Positions 23,395-32,302 of a DNA stretch of 64,000 nucleotides are shown here, in pieces. Made by a program: the position numbers and the translations under genes. The number at the start of each line of letters is the position of its first letter. Position 1 is the first letter of the stretch. Source of the DNA: Halarcobacter sp. (GTDB taxonomy: Bacteria > Campylobacterota > Campylobacteria > Campylobacterales > Arcobacteraceae); the NCBI GenBank assembly GCA_048571215.1, contig CP182352.1, forward strand, positions 2,720,001 to 2,784,000. The letters are read 5' to 3'. Below the pieces are notes generated by a model, which did not search any database, was not told the origin of the DNA, and saw nothing but the letters and a program-made list of their open reading frames with translations.

Positions 23395-23933
23395 AAGCTT
23401 GCAAATCTTTCATCATTAATGATATCAGTTATTAACTGTTTAACTGACGGTTGAAATGTACTTCCCATATTATTACATGCAGTATATGCTAAAAATGATG
23501 AACTATAATCTTTTTTAGTAGTAACTGTAAACTCTTCTCCATTTGATGAAGAAACTTTAATTTTGAACTTCCAATAAGCATCTCCTAACATTGAACTACC
23601 AACAACTTCTTCTAAATAACCATTAATTTTAATTTTTGACTTTTCATCATATAATCCTGCCATCATAAGTTCTTCTTTTAATGCTTTTTCAATATAAGTT
23701 TCGTAAGATTCATCATTAGGAGTTGTAATAGTCTCAGCTAACCTACATAAAGTTGAATGTTGTCCAGGATTTTTTGCACTAAACGAAGAGACTCCTATTT
23801 TTGTATTTTTATATTTTTTTAAAGTTTGTACATTTTGTGCAGATGCACTATATTCGCTAGATTTTATACCACAACCTGTAAATAATATTGCTGATGAAGC
23901 AATTATTAATCCAAGATTTACATATTTTTTCAT
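23385..23933 (-). CDS. Lipoprotein of unknown function
   Basis: Lipobox LFTGC; 182-aa ORF with upstream AAGGA. Confidence 0.75.
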   Translation of the reverse strand: MKKYVNLGLIIASSAILFTGCGIKSSEYSASAQNVQTLKKYKNTKIGVSSFSAKNPGQHSTLCRLAETITTPNDESYETYIEKALKEELMMAGLYDEKSKIKINGYLEEVVGSSMLGDAYWKFKIKVSSSNGEEFTVTTKKDYSSSFLAYTACNNMGSTFQPSVKQLITDIINDERFASLLK

Positions 23934-24146
23934 TTTATTCCTTTAGTATTATATTTTATTATTAATTATATAAAAATAATACTTAATACTCTACAACTAC
24001 GCTATCATGAATATAAAGGTAATCCATCAGAAATAAGTTGTAATTACTTTTTATAAAACTCTTAGAATTTTATCTCATAAAGATTCTACTAACAGAATAT
24101 GTATTAAAAAAATGTAATTTGAGTAAATTGTCTCTGAGATTTATAG

Positions 24147-24746
24147 ATAGTTTTAATTGCATGCAATTGTCTTGTAGAACAAAGTTCTCCGCTTTCTTTA
24201 CTTTTAGTGGTAAAAGTAAAACAAAAGCCACCAGACGCATTGTTGAAGGCAAAGCTACCTTCCACTTTTTATTTTTTTACTGCGTTGCGGGACTCGCTAA
24301 AAGAGTGAGTTAGTCACTCTTTTTTTACGCTCAAACATGTCCTCACTTTTCACCGTAAAAAAAGAAAAAGTTCCAGCTTCAACAAAGTCTGGACTAAAAT
24401 TCCCTAGCTTTGAACTTTCAAAATATATATTGAGTATCACACCAACAAAAACAAAATGGTATAAAAAAATGCAAATGTCCTTATCCCACTTTCCCGCATT
24501 TGAGAAGCCGAGTGTTTATTTATCCTTTTTGAAAACAAGTGACTAAACTGTTTGAAGCGTAAAAAAATGTGCTGGGAGCACATTTTAGCAAGTTTTTAGG
24601 CACTCAAAAGGGATAAGTAATAAGCGAGGGAACCTTCGGCTTCGAAACCTGCGAGATGGTTTCTTTGCTACTTTCTTTTTCACAAAAGAAAGTCGAGAAA
24701 GCCAAGACGTACAGTAAAAGTTTAACTACACTCAAATATATTGATA
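24147..24746. repeat. Tandem ~600-bp repeat, unit 1 (structured elements A1 24197-24392 on + and B1 24493-24693 on -)
   Basis: ATAGTTTTAATTG.ATGCAATTGTCTTG.AGAACAAAGTTCTCCGCTTTCTTTACTTTTAGTGGTAAAAGTAAAACAAAAGCCACCAGACG recurs exactly 600 nt downstream. Nested inverted repeats throughout. Confidence 0.9.
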
Positions 24747-25346
24747 ATAGTTTTAATTGTATGCAATTGTCTTGAAGAACAAAGTTCTCCGCTTTCTTTA
24801 CTTTTAGTGGTAAAAGTAAAACAAAAGCCACCAGACGGTTGTTAAAGCTAAAGTTCCCTCCAGCTTTCTAATTATTTCCTGACCTGCGGGACTTGATATA
24901 AAACGTGACGTTCAGTCACCTTTTATATCTTCGAACAAGTCCTCGGTCTTTTCCGAAAATAATTAGAAAACTTCCGGCTTCAACAAAGTCTGGACTAAAA
25001 TACTCTAGCTTTGAACTTTTTCATACTATTTGAGTATTACACCAATTCAAATAAAATGGTACTAAAAAATGTAAAGGTCCTTATCCCCACCTTCCCGCAT
25101 TTGAGAAGCCGAGTGTTTATTTTGCTTTTCGGAAAAGTTTTTCAACTGTTAGAGCGTAAAGAAACGTAACTAACTTACGTTTTAGCGAGTTTTGAAAAAC
25201 AGAAAAGTGAAATAATAAGCGAGGGAACCTTCGGCTTCGAAACCTGTGGGATGATTTTTTTGCTACTTTTTTTTTCACAAAAAAAAGTCGAGAAAGCCAA
25301 GACGTACAGTAAAAGTTTATTTATACTCAAATATTTTGATAATAGT
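24747..25346. repeat. Tandem ~600-bp repeat, unit 2 (A2 24797-24993 on + and B2 25094-25288 on -)
   Basis: Second copy. Conserved blocks such as CCCGCATTTGAGAAGCCGAGTGTTTATT, AATAAGCGAGGGAACCTTCGGCTTCGAAACCTG and GTCGAGAAAGCCAAGACGTACAGTAAAAGTTTA flank diverged but still self-complementary stems. Confidence 0.9.
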
Positions 25347-25637
25347 ATTGATATAACACAACATAATATATTTATCATTTTGTTAAACTATCAAGATTTT
25401 CACCCAGTAGTCATACAAAATGATAAGATATTACGGATATACGTTAATAATCTAACATATAAAAGTACATATTTATTTACATTATTTTATATTTTATTGA
25501 ATTTTAACTATTTAAGGCTTATTTGAGTTAATATCTTTACATTTTTAATGTTAAGATATTAGATGTTTTTATACATTATTTATATATAATGTATTACTAA
25601 TAAGTAGTTATGACAACAGACAAAAAAGGTAAATAAA

Positions 25638-26483
25638 GTGTTCAAATATAAATATAATAAACTTTTTCAGCCAACAATAGATGCATTGCAGCAGTTAGGT
25701 GGTTCAGGATCAATAAGTGAAATTGAGGAAAAAGTTATTGAAATTTTAAATTTAACTGATGATGAAATCAATGATATTCATAAGGGGAATACAACAAAAC
25801 TGACATATCGATTAGCTTGGGCTAGAACGTATTTGAAAAAATATGGATTGATTGAAAATTCATCAAGGGGCATTTGGGCTTTAACTGAAAAAGGATTAAA
25901 AGGTCAAAATATTGATGATGAAGAAATTAGAAAATTTGTTGTTAATGAAACCAAAAATAATGACGATAAAGACATGCCTGATGAAGAAGAAAATATAACT
26001 ATTAACAATGAAATTTCAAAATTATCATGGAAGGAAGAATTACTTAATGTTGTCAAACAGATGGAACCACAAGCTTTTGAAAGATTATGTCAAAGATTGC
26101 TAAGAGAACTTGGTTTTATAAATGTAGAAGTTACTCAATATAGTAATGATGGTGGGATTGATGGGAAAGGTGTAATTAGACTTGGAGGTGTTATGTCATT
26201 CCATGTAGTGTTTCAAGCAAAAAGATATAAAGACAGTGTTAGTGCTCCTGTAGTTAGAGATTTTCGTGGAGCAATGATTGGCAGAGCAGATAAAGGACTT
26301 ATTATTACGACGGGAACTTTTACCAGAGAAGCAAAAAAAGAAGCCCAAAGAGATGGTGCACCACCGATTGATTTAATTGATGGCAATGATTTTGCAGAAA
26401 AATTAAAAGATTTAAAATTAGGTATAAATATTGAATTTGTTGAGACGGTACATATCAAAAAAGAGTGGTTTGACAATTTTTAA
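25638..26483 (+). CDS. mrr: Mrr family (type IV, modification-dependent) restriction endonuclease
   Basis: N-terminal Mrr_N winged helix (YRLAWARTYLKKYGLIENSSRGIWALT); catalytic domain FERLC..LL..LGF, DGGIDG, QAKRY, VRDFRGAM and IDLIDG. Confidence 0.92.
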   Translation: MFKYKYNKLFQPTIDALQQLGGSGSISEIEEKVIEILNLTDDEINDIHKGNTTKLTYRLAWARTYLKKYGLIENSSRGIWALTEKGLKGQNIDDEEIRKFVVNETKNNDDKDMPDEEENITINNEISKLSWKEELLNVVKQMEPQAFERLCQRLLRELGFINVEVTQYSNDGGIDGKGVIRLGGVMSFHVVFQAKRYKDSVSAPVVRDFRGAMIGRADKGLIITTGTFTREAKKEAQRDGAPPIDLIDGNDFAEKLKDLKLGINIEFVETVHIKKEWFDNF

Positions 26484-26484
26484 G

Positions 26485-26553
26485 TCATAACAAATCAGAG
26501 GAGCCAATAAATTACCCTGCGGGCAATTCATCGGCTCATTTTAAACGTTATTC
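26485..26553 (+). other. attC-like recombination site (69 nt)
   Basis: R'' TCATAAC, 5-nt spacer, GAGCCAAT/ATCGGCTC and AATTACCC-TGC-GGGCAATT stems, then TTAAAC and R' GTTATTC. The top-strand A.C mismatches become G.T pairs on the bottom strand. Confidence 0.75.
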
Positions 26554-26568
26554 ATAAAAAAACCTATC

Positions 26569-28131
26569 CTACAACCCCGGAGCCTTCCACATTGAAATAG
26601 TCAAACCCTCATCGACTAACTTCAATTGTTTTTGGTAAACCTCCTGCCACTTTTCCTTTATCCCATCATATATTTTCTTATTTTCCATATTTGGCAAATA
26701 CTCTTTATCCCAAACTACAAGCTCACGTGCTGCTGTTTGCAAATCTTTGTAGATACCAGCTCCTACTCCTGCACTCATAGCTGCTCCTAGAGCTGTGGCT
26801 TCTGTTACTTTTGGAATTTTTATTTTACACCCTGTTACATCTGCTAGGGTTTGGCTCCAAAGTTTTCCTTTACTTGCACCTCCTGCAAATACTATTGTGT
26901 CAAATTGACAGTTTGTAAACTCTTTTACTTTTTCTAGATTTATTGAGCTAACTATACACGCATTCTCTTGCAGGGATTTGAACATGGAAGCTTTATTACA
27001 TATATTTGAATCAATGCTTAGGTTTAAAAAACTTGGGGCTGCATGGTACCATTTACCATAATTCATACTATCACTAAATATTGGCATAATCCCATATGAG
27101 CCTACTGGTATATCTTTTGCTTTTTCTTCTAGGATTTCATAGGCATCTTTGTTTTGCTCTTTTGCTTCAAGTTTTTCCATTTCACAAAAAACATCCCTAA
27201 ACCATCTCATTATAAGCCCACAAAAAAAAGTGATCCCTTCTGCTTGGGATTGCTTTGGTATTACATGGGGATTAACTCTAAGGCTCATATCTTTTGGTGG
27301 TAAAACCTCACTTGATATATTTACTATCTGTTGCCAAAAAGAGCCTCCTAGAATTGCTACTTGTCCAATATCTACTACTCCAAGCCCTGCACTTCCAAGC
27401 TGCACATCTCCACCACCTGTAACCACTTTTGTATTTATAGATAAGGAGGTTTCATCACTTGCTTTTTTTGTAACATTACCTATTACAGTTCCAACTTCAT
27501 AACATGGGCAAAATATATTATCTTTTAATCCAACACTTGAAGCCATATTTTTATCCCAGGCTCTTTGTTTTAAAGAAAATATTCCTGTAGTTCCTGCATT
27601 ACTAGGATCAGTAGCAATAACTCCTGATAGTTTTGCCAATATCCAATCCCCTATCATAGAGATATTTGCAACTTTTTCATAAACTTCAGGTTTATTATTT
27701 TTAAGCCACATTATCCTAGGCAGTGCACCCAAAGCAAAGGTTTGTCCAGAAGTTTCATAAAACTTTTCTTCAATATTTTCAAAAGAGTTTTTCAGATACT
27801 GAACCTCTTTATAAGCTCTTGCATCTACATTTGCTACACCCCAAAGTTCATTTCCATCCCTATCATATAAAGCTATAGCTTCTCTCATACTTGTAGCACT
27901 TACGGCTAATATATCTTCAGGATTTATTGATACATTATTTATGGCATTTTTTATACATTTTTTAGTTAATAGCCAGTTTGTTTCAAAATCAAAACTCATA
28001 CTATTTGCTACACTCTGCTCTTCAAGATGTGTCCACTCCTCTTGACTAGCTGAGATTTGATTTCCTTTTAAATCAAAAAGTACAGCTCTAACACTACCAG
28101 TTCCTGCATCAATTGCCAATAAATACCCCAT
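26569..28131 (-). CDS. lsrK: Autoinducer-2 kinase (FGGY family)
   Basis: LAIDAGTGSVRAV..GNQI, SMRE, ANVDARA, GQTFAL, DPSNAGTTG, GGSFWQQ, RVNPHVIP and C-terminal WKAPGL, all as recalled for enterobacterial LsrK. Confidence 0.9.
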   Translation of the reverse strand: MGYLLAIDAGTGSVRAVLFDLKGNQISASQEEWTHLEEQSVANSMSFDFETNWLLTKKCIKNAINNVSINPEDILAVSATSMREAIALYDRDGNELWGVANVDARAYKEVQYLKNSFENIEEKFYETSGQTFALGALPRIMWLKNNKPEVYEKVANISMIGDWILAKLSGVIATDPSNAGTTGIFSLKQRAWDKNMASSVGLKDNIFCPCYEVGTVIGNVTKKASDETSLSINTKVVTGGGDVQLGSAGLGVVDIGQVAILGGSFWQQIVNISSEVLPPKDMSLRVNPHVIPKQSQAEGITFFCGLIMRWFRDVFCEMEKLEAKEQNKDAYEILEEKAKDIPVGSYGIMPIFSDSMNYGKWYHAAPSFLNLSIDSNICNKASMFKSLQENACIVSSINLEKVKEFTNCQFDTIVFAGGASKGKLWSQTLADVTGCKIKIPKVTEATALGAAMSAGVGAGIYKDLQTAARELVVWDKEYLPNMENKKIYDGIKEKWQEVYQKQLKLVDEGLTISMWKAPGL

Positions 28132-28152
28132 GAAAATCCCTTTAAATAATAA

Positions 28153-29319
28153 CTATTTTTTTAGTTTAGCCTGCTCTAATTCCCAGTATTCCATCTCAAA
28201 ACTATCTTTTAAACCTATACTTTCATAACCACCTAATTTATCTGCTTTTAAAACTGCATTCATAGTGTGAGTTACAATATCATCAATAATATTTGCCTCT
28301 TTTTCATTTTTGCCAAAACTAATCACACCAAAATCTCTTATAACTACATAATTAGGAGCAGGATTTAACATGATTTCATCTTTAGCAAATTTTTTAAAAT
28401 ACTCTTTATACTCCCTTTCAAACTCTAATAATGCAAGCTGTTCATTTTCATCTTCAAGAACTAAAGGAACTCTTTTTGTTCTAATAATATGCTCAGGGGT
28501 TAATACACCTCTTTTTTTGTTTTCATTACTCAACCTTGAATAGTTCAATGCCAATTTGCTTTGATTGATTTTAAATACAATATCAAAACCTTTTTTTTGT
28601 GATAAATAGTGTTCTAATTTAGATATATCAAACTCTCTTGCCTCAATCTCATCTAATTCAAGTGAAGCATTCTTCTCTAAAAATTTTTCAGCTAAGCTTA
28701 CTGCTTCAATCATCTTATCATAAGATTTTTTTCCATCATCATCAAAGGTAAAAATCCCATGATTGTGTAAGATTATCCCCTCACAAGTTTCCCAATCTAT
28801 ACCTTTACTCATCTCATAGATTTTTTTTGCTAAGACAAATCCAGGCATCACATAAGGCACTATCAAAAAATTTGGAAATACTTTTTTAATATTTTCAATG
28901 CCTGTTTTACTATTAGAAATAGTTACAACTGCATCTGCATGGGTATGATCTACAAATTTAAAAGGAATTATTGCATGTAAAATTGCCTCAACAGATGGGT
29001 TCGGAGCACTTTTATCTATCATTGCAGCTTTTTGTTTATTTACCATATCAGAATCGCTAAGTTCTTCTAAGGTAGCCATCTTTTTTAAAGTATCAAGTTT
29101 AACAGGAGCAAATCCTTCCTCTTTGATTGAAACAAGATCCCAACCACTACCTTTTACATAAAGGATATCTTCACCATCAACTTTTGATTTTACAGAAGTG
29201 TTTCCTCCACCATGAAGAACCAGTTCATCACTTCGACCTAATAGATTTGATGTGTATACTCTTAAAGCTAAATCACCTTCAAATGATTTTGCTTCATTTT
29301 CATCCCAAAGATTTTCCAT
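28153..29319 (-). CDS. Class II aldolase/adducin family protein (resembles N-terminal half of bifunctional RhaD/RhaEW)
   Basis: LVLHGGGNTSVK, VKGSGWDL, PSVEAILHA, VDHTHADA, LHNHGIFTF, TPEHIIRTK and EYWELEQAKL. No SDR domain follows. Confidence 0.88.
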   Translation of the reverse strand: MENLWDENEAKSFEGDLALRVYTSNLLGRSDELVLHGGGNTSVKSKVDGEDILYVKGSGWDLVSIKEEGFAPVKLDTLKKMATLEELSDSDMVNKQKAAMIDKSAPNPSVEAILHAIIPFKFVDHTHADAVVTISNSKTGIENIKKVFPNFLIVPYVMPGFVLAKKIYEMSKGIDWETCEGIILHNHGIFTFDDDGKKSYDKMIEAVSLAEKFLEKNASLELDEIEAREFDISKLEHYLSQKKGFDIVFKINQSKLALNYSRLSNENKKRGVLTPEHIIRTKRVPLVLEDENEQLALLEFEREYKEYFKKFAKDEIMLNPAPNYVVIRDFGVISFGKNEKEANIIDDIVTHTMNAVLKADKLGGYESIGLKDSFEMEYWELEQAKLKK

Positions 29320-29322
29320 TTT

Positions 29323-29607
29323 TTAACCTAAAATCTCTAAATGTTCTGTGTACTTTTTTTCACAAAATGGTTCATAAGATGATTTATAAATTGCATAGTG
29401 ATCTGTTTTTGCATGGGCAGCTAATGCCTCTTCTTCCCAAGATTCTACTGCATAAAATTTTCTTCTATTTTCAGTACATTGAAAAATATCGTAAAATATT
29501 ACACCCTCTTCTTTTTTTGAAGGTTCAACCATAGCTGATAAAAGCTCTTTCATCTTATCTTCACAACCCTCTTTTGCTATAAATGTAACTCTTTTTGTAA
29601 TAGTCAT
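29323..29607 (-). CDS. ABM-domain protein (LsrG/putative quinol monooxygenase-like)
   Basis: 94 aa; EEG..FYD..Q....RKFY..E.W....LAAH..T.HY pattern; first gene of the lsrK operon. Confidence 0.8.
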   Translation of the reverse strand: MTITKRVTFIAKEGCEDKMKELLSAMVEPSKKEEGVIFYDIFQCTENRRKFYAVESWEEEALAAHAKTDHYAIYKSSYEPFCEKKYTEHLEILG

Positions 29608-29753
29608 TTTAAAAATCCTTATAATTTAATATAGATATATTATAAGGAAATTTCTCTTATATCATTGTATATAAGTATAAAGAGTTTTAGTATTTGAAGA
29701 TTATTAAAAAATGCGTAGTTTATAAAATGACTGAAAAACCAGTCATTTAAATT

Positions 29754-30227
29754 TTATGATAAAATAAATCTTTCTATTAAGTAATAAGTACCAGAAGTAG
29801 CAATACCAGCTGCAACACCAGCCAATAAATCATCTCCCATAACTCCCCAACCACCTTTAACTTTTTGGTCAATTCTTCCAATAACTGAAGGTTTCCAAAT
29901 ATCGAAAAGTCTAAAAAACACAAAGGCTAAGGGTACAATTATATAGATGTTTTCAGGAGTAATCACACAAATCGATAGGGTTAGCCACATACCTGCTAAC
30001 TCATCTATAACTATCTCTTTGCCATCATGTGCTCCCACTTCTTCTTCATACAAATCTATTTGTTTTATAGCAATTGCTGTTATTAATAATGAGAGTAAAA
30101 AAAGTGTTGAAGGATGTACAACCTGAAGTAATAAAACCCCTAAAATAAGAGCAACAAAACTTCCAACTGTTCCAGGAGCTTTTGGACTTAATCCACTATA
30201 AAAAAGTGTTAAAAAAAGTTTTCTCAA
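29754..30227 (-). CDS. pgpA: Phosphatidylglycerophosphatase A
   Basis: SGLSPKAPGTVGS, HDGKEIVIDE, FRLFDIWKP and GGWGVMGDDLLAG. Confidence 0.95.
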   Translation of the reverse strand: MRKLFLTLFYSGLSPKAPGTVGSFVALILGVLLLQVVHPSTLFLLSLLITAIAIKQIDLYEEEVGAHDGKEIVIDELAGMWLTLSICVITPENIYIIVPLAFVFFRLFDIWKPSVIGRIDQKVKGGWGVMGDDLLAGVAAGIATSGTYYLIERFILS

Positions 30228-30236
30228 ATCTTTACC

Positions 30237-31121
30237 CTACTTCTTTTTTTCTATTCCAAGTTTTTTTCTCTTTTCCCAAAGAGATTTTCTTGAGATACCA
30301 AGTTTTTTACTAAGTTCTGTATCTGGATATTTTGTTTGAAATGATAAAACCATCATCTTAACATAATCATTTATAGTCATAATATTATTTGACATCATCA
30401 ACATATCACTTTTTTGGAATTCAACTTTTGTATAAGGAAACTCTTCCTCTTTTTCTAAAGATACTAAAATACATTTTTTATCTTCAATATACTTAATCAA
30501 ATTCTCTTTGGCACTCTTTTTCAAACTATGAAAATCTGTAAGATAAAGAATACCATTAAATTTTTCATTTATTTGTTTTTGCCAGTAATCTGAACTAAGA
30601 GAGATAAACTTCATTTGCAAATCTAATTTTCTTGCTAACTCAAAAGATAACTTATCTGCACTTATTTGTGAATTTGTTTCTATTAAAATTGGAAAAGTTG
30701 TTGGTAGTATACAACCACTTGTATCAACCTCATTAAATTGAAAATCTAAATACTCTCTTAGAGTTTGTAACTCTTTTCTAAGTGACTTACACTCCCTATA
30801 ATGATAAATTTTTCTAACTAATTCATCCATAATAAAGGGTTTCATAATATAATCTTTTGCACCCTCTTTGATTGGATCTGTTACAGTTTCATCTGAAATA
30901 TATGAAACTAATAAAAGAATAATAGAATCATTGTATCTTCTAATAATAGTCTTACAAAGTGCTGCAGGTAGTGAGGTTGATAGAAGTATTATGTCATAAT
31001 CTTTTGTTAAGTTGTCAATATTTGGTGATTCAACAAAATCACAATTATGTCCATCATCAAGTAACCTTGATACAACCTTCTGCGCTAAATAAATTTCACT
31101 CTCAATAATCAATATATTCAT
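30237..31121 (-). CDS. cemR: Atypical response regulator, HP1021/Cj1608 (CemR) family
   Basis: Receiver domain with Ser at the phospho-Asp position (IILLSTSLP), C-terminal Fis-like HTH PDTELSKKLGISRKSLWEKRKK, and position directly downstream of ispDF. Confidence 0.8.
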   Translation of the reverse strand: MNILIIESEIYLAQKVVSRLLDDGHNCDFVESPNIDNLTKDYDIILLSTSLPAALCKTIIRRYNDSIILLLVSYISDETVTDPIKEGAKDYIMKPFIMDELVRKIYHYRECKSLRKELQTLREYLDFQFNEVDTSGCILPTTFPILIETNSQISADKLSFELARKLDLQMKFISLSSDYWQKQINEKFNGILYLTDFHSLKKSAKENLIKYIEDKKCILVSLEKEEEFPYTKVEFQKSDMLMMSNNIMTINDYVKMMVLSFQTKYPDTELSKKLGISRKSLWEKRKKLGIEKKK

Positions 31122-32245
31122 TCATTTTCCCAATTATAATATTTTAAAGTTGCACTAGATTGTACGGCAACCCCTTCTTTTCTCCCTATAAAGCCCAACT
31201 TTTCTGCTGTAGTGGCTTTTATATTTACAAACTGTTTTTCCAAATTTAATAGATTTGCTATAGTTGATTTAATCTGCATTTTATATGGATTAATCTTTGG
31301 TTTTTGAGCTATTATTGTAACATCTACATTTACTATTTCATAACCCACATTGTATATAAAAGTAACAATCTTTTCTAAAAGTAGTTTAGAATCTACACCT
31401 TTATATTTTTCATCAGTATCTGGAAAAAACTCTCCAATATCTCCAGCTCCTGAAGCTCCAAGTATTGCATCAATCAGTGAGTGAATTAAAACATCCCCAT
31501 CACTATGAGCTTTAAATCCAAAATCTATATTATCAATTTTTACTCCACCAAGATACATCTGTTTGTTTTCTTCAAAGGGATGTATATCAAATCCTGTACC
31601 AGTAAAATAATCATTCATAGGTTTTTTCAAACAATCTAAAGAAAATAGTTCTTCACCAAAAGTTAACTTTTTACTTTTGATAGAACCTTTTATGTATTTA
31701 ATTGTTCCACCTATACTTTTAATAGCGCTACTATCATCTGTAAACTCTATATTAGTATTTAAAGCATTTTTTAAAACTTCACTATTTGATAGTTGAGGAG
31801 TTTGTATAAGCTTAACCTCATCTCTATTTATTGTCTCATTTTTAAATACAACCGTATCACTCACATCCAAAGTAGGTACTATACAATCTGCATTACTCTT
31901 ATTGGCTACTAAATCCAAAACTACCTTTTTAGGGATACAAGCTCTTGCAACATCTGTAACCATTACATAATCACTTTTAACATACTCTAAAGCATTTTTC
32001 ATTGATTGTTGTCTTGTATCAGCACCAAGTACAAAAGTAAACTCATCTGAAAAGTTTTTCATATAATTAATTTCATCTTTGTGCGCTGCAATAATGATAT
32101 TATCAAAAGTGGTGATATTTTTTAATCGATTAGCAACAAAAAGCCATAGGGGATGATGACCAATCCTAAGCCACTGTTTCTTTACTTGTAGTTCAAATCT
32201 TGTAGAGTTTCCTGCACATAAAATTATTAATGTAACATTAGACAC
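31118..32245 (-). CDS. ispDF: Bifunctional IspD/IspF
   Basis: AGNSTRF..KKQW, QTPQ and TDDSS (IspD); GFDIH, HSDGDV..H..DA and KATTAEKLGFIGRKEG (IspF). Confidence 0.95.
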   Translation of the reverse strand: MSNVTLIILCAGNSTRFELQVKKQWLRIGHHPLWLFVANRLKNITTFDNIIIAAHKDEINYMKNFSDEFTFVLGADTRQQSMKNALEYVKSDYVMVTDVARACIPKKVVLDLVANKSNADCIVPTLDVSDTVVFKNETINRDEVKLIQTPQLSNSEVLKNALNTNIEFTDDSSAIKSIGGTIKYIKGSIKSKKLTFGEELFSLDCLKKPMNDYFTGTGFDIHPFEENKQMYLGGVKIDNIDFGFKAHSDGDVLIHSLIDAILGASGAGDIGEFFPDTDEKYKGVDSKLLLEKIVTFIYNVGYEIVNVDVTIIAQKPKINPYKMQIKSTIANLLNLEKQFVNIKATTAEKLGFIGRKEGVAVQSSATLKYYNWENE

Positions 32246-32302
32246 AAAGCCCCTTTGAGTAAAAAAGTTACATTATTATACTTTAATGTAACTTATGAAA
32301 CC

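Larger units (their letters stand above)
25607..26553 (+). mobile_element. Solitary integron-type gene cassette carrying mrr
   Basis: Core site GTTATGAC at 25607-25614 lies about 30 nt before the ORF. Its exact reverse complement GTCATAAC directly follows the stop codon and opens an attC-like imperfect palindrome ending in GTTATTC. Confidence 0.75.

Noticed and set aside
24147..25346. CRISPR array or group II intron/IS remnant interpretation of the repeats
   Set aside because: There is no short constant repeat with unique spacers and no cas, RT or transposase ORF. I did not recognise a group II domain V or IS terminal repeats with target duplication.
24070..25526. Six short ORFs (60-91 aa) in the ORF track over the repeat region
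   Set aside because: They overlap the palindromic repeats on both strands, lack convincing SD sites, and their frames are not preserved between the two repeat units.
23934..25606. Integron integrase expected upstream of the mrr cassette
   Set aside because: No ORF with tyrosine recombinase motifs on either strand here or elsewhere in the window.
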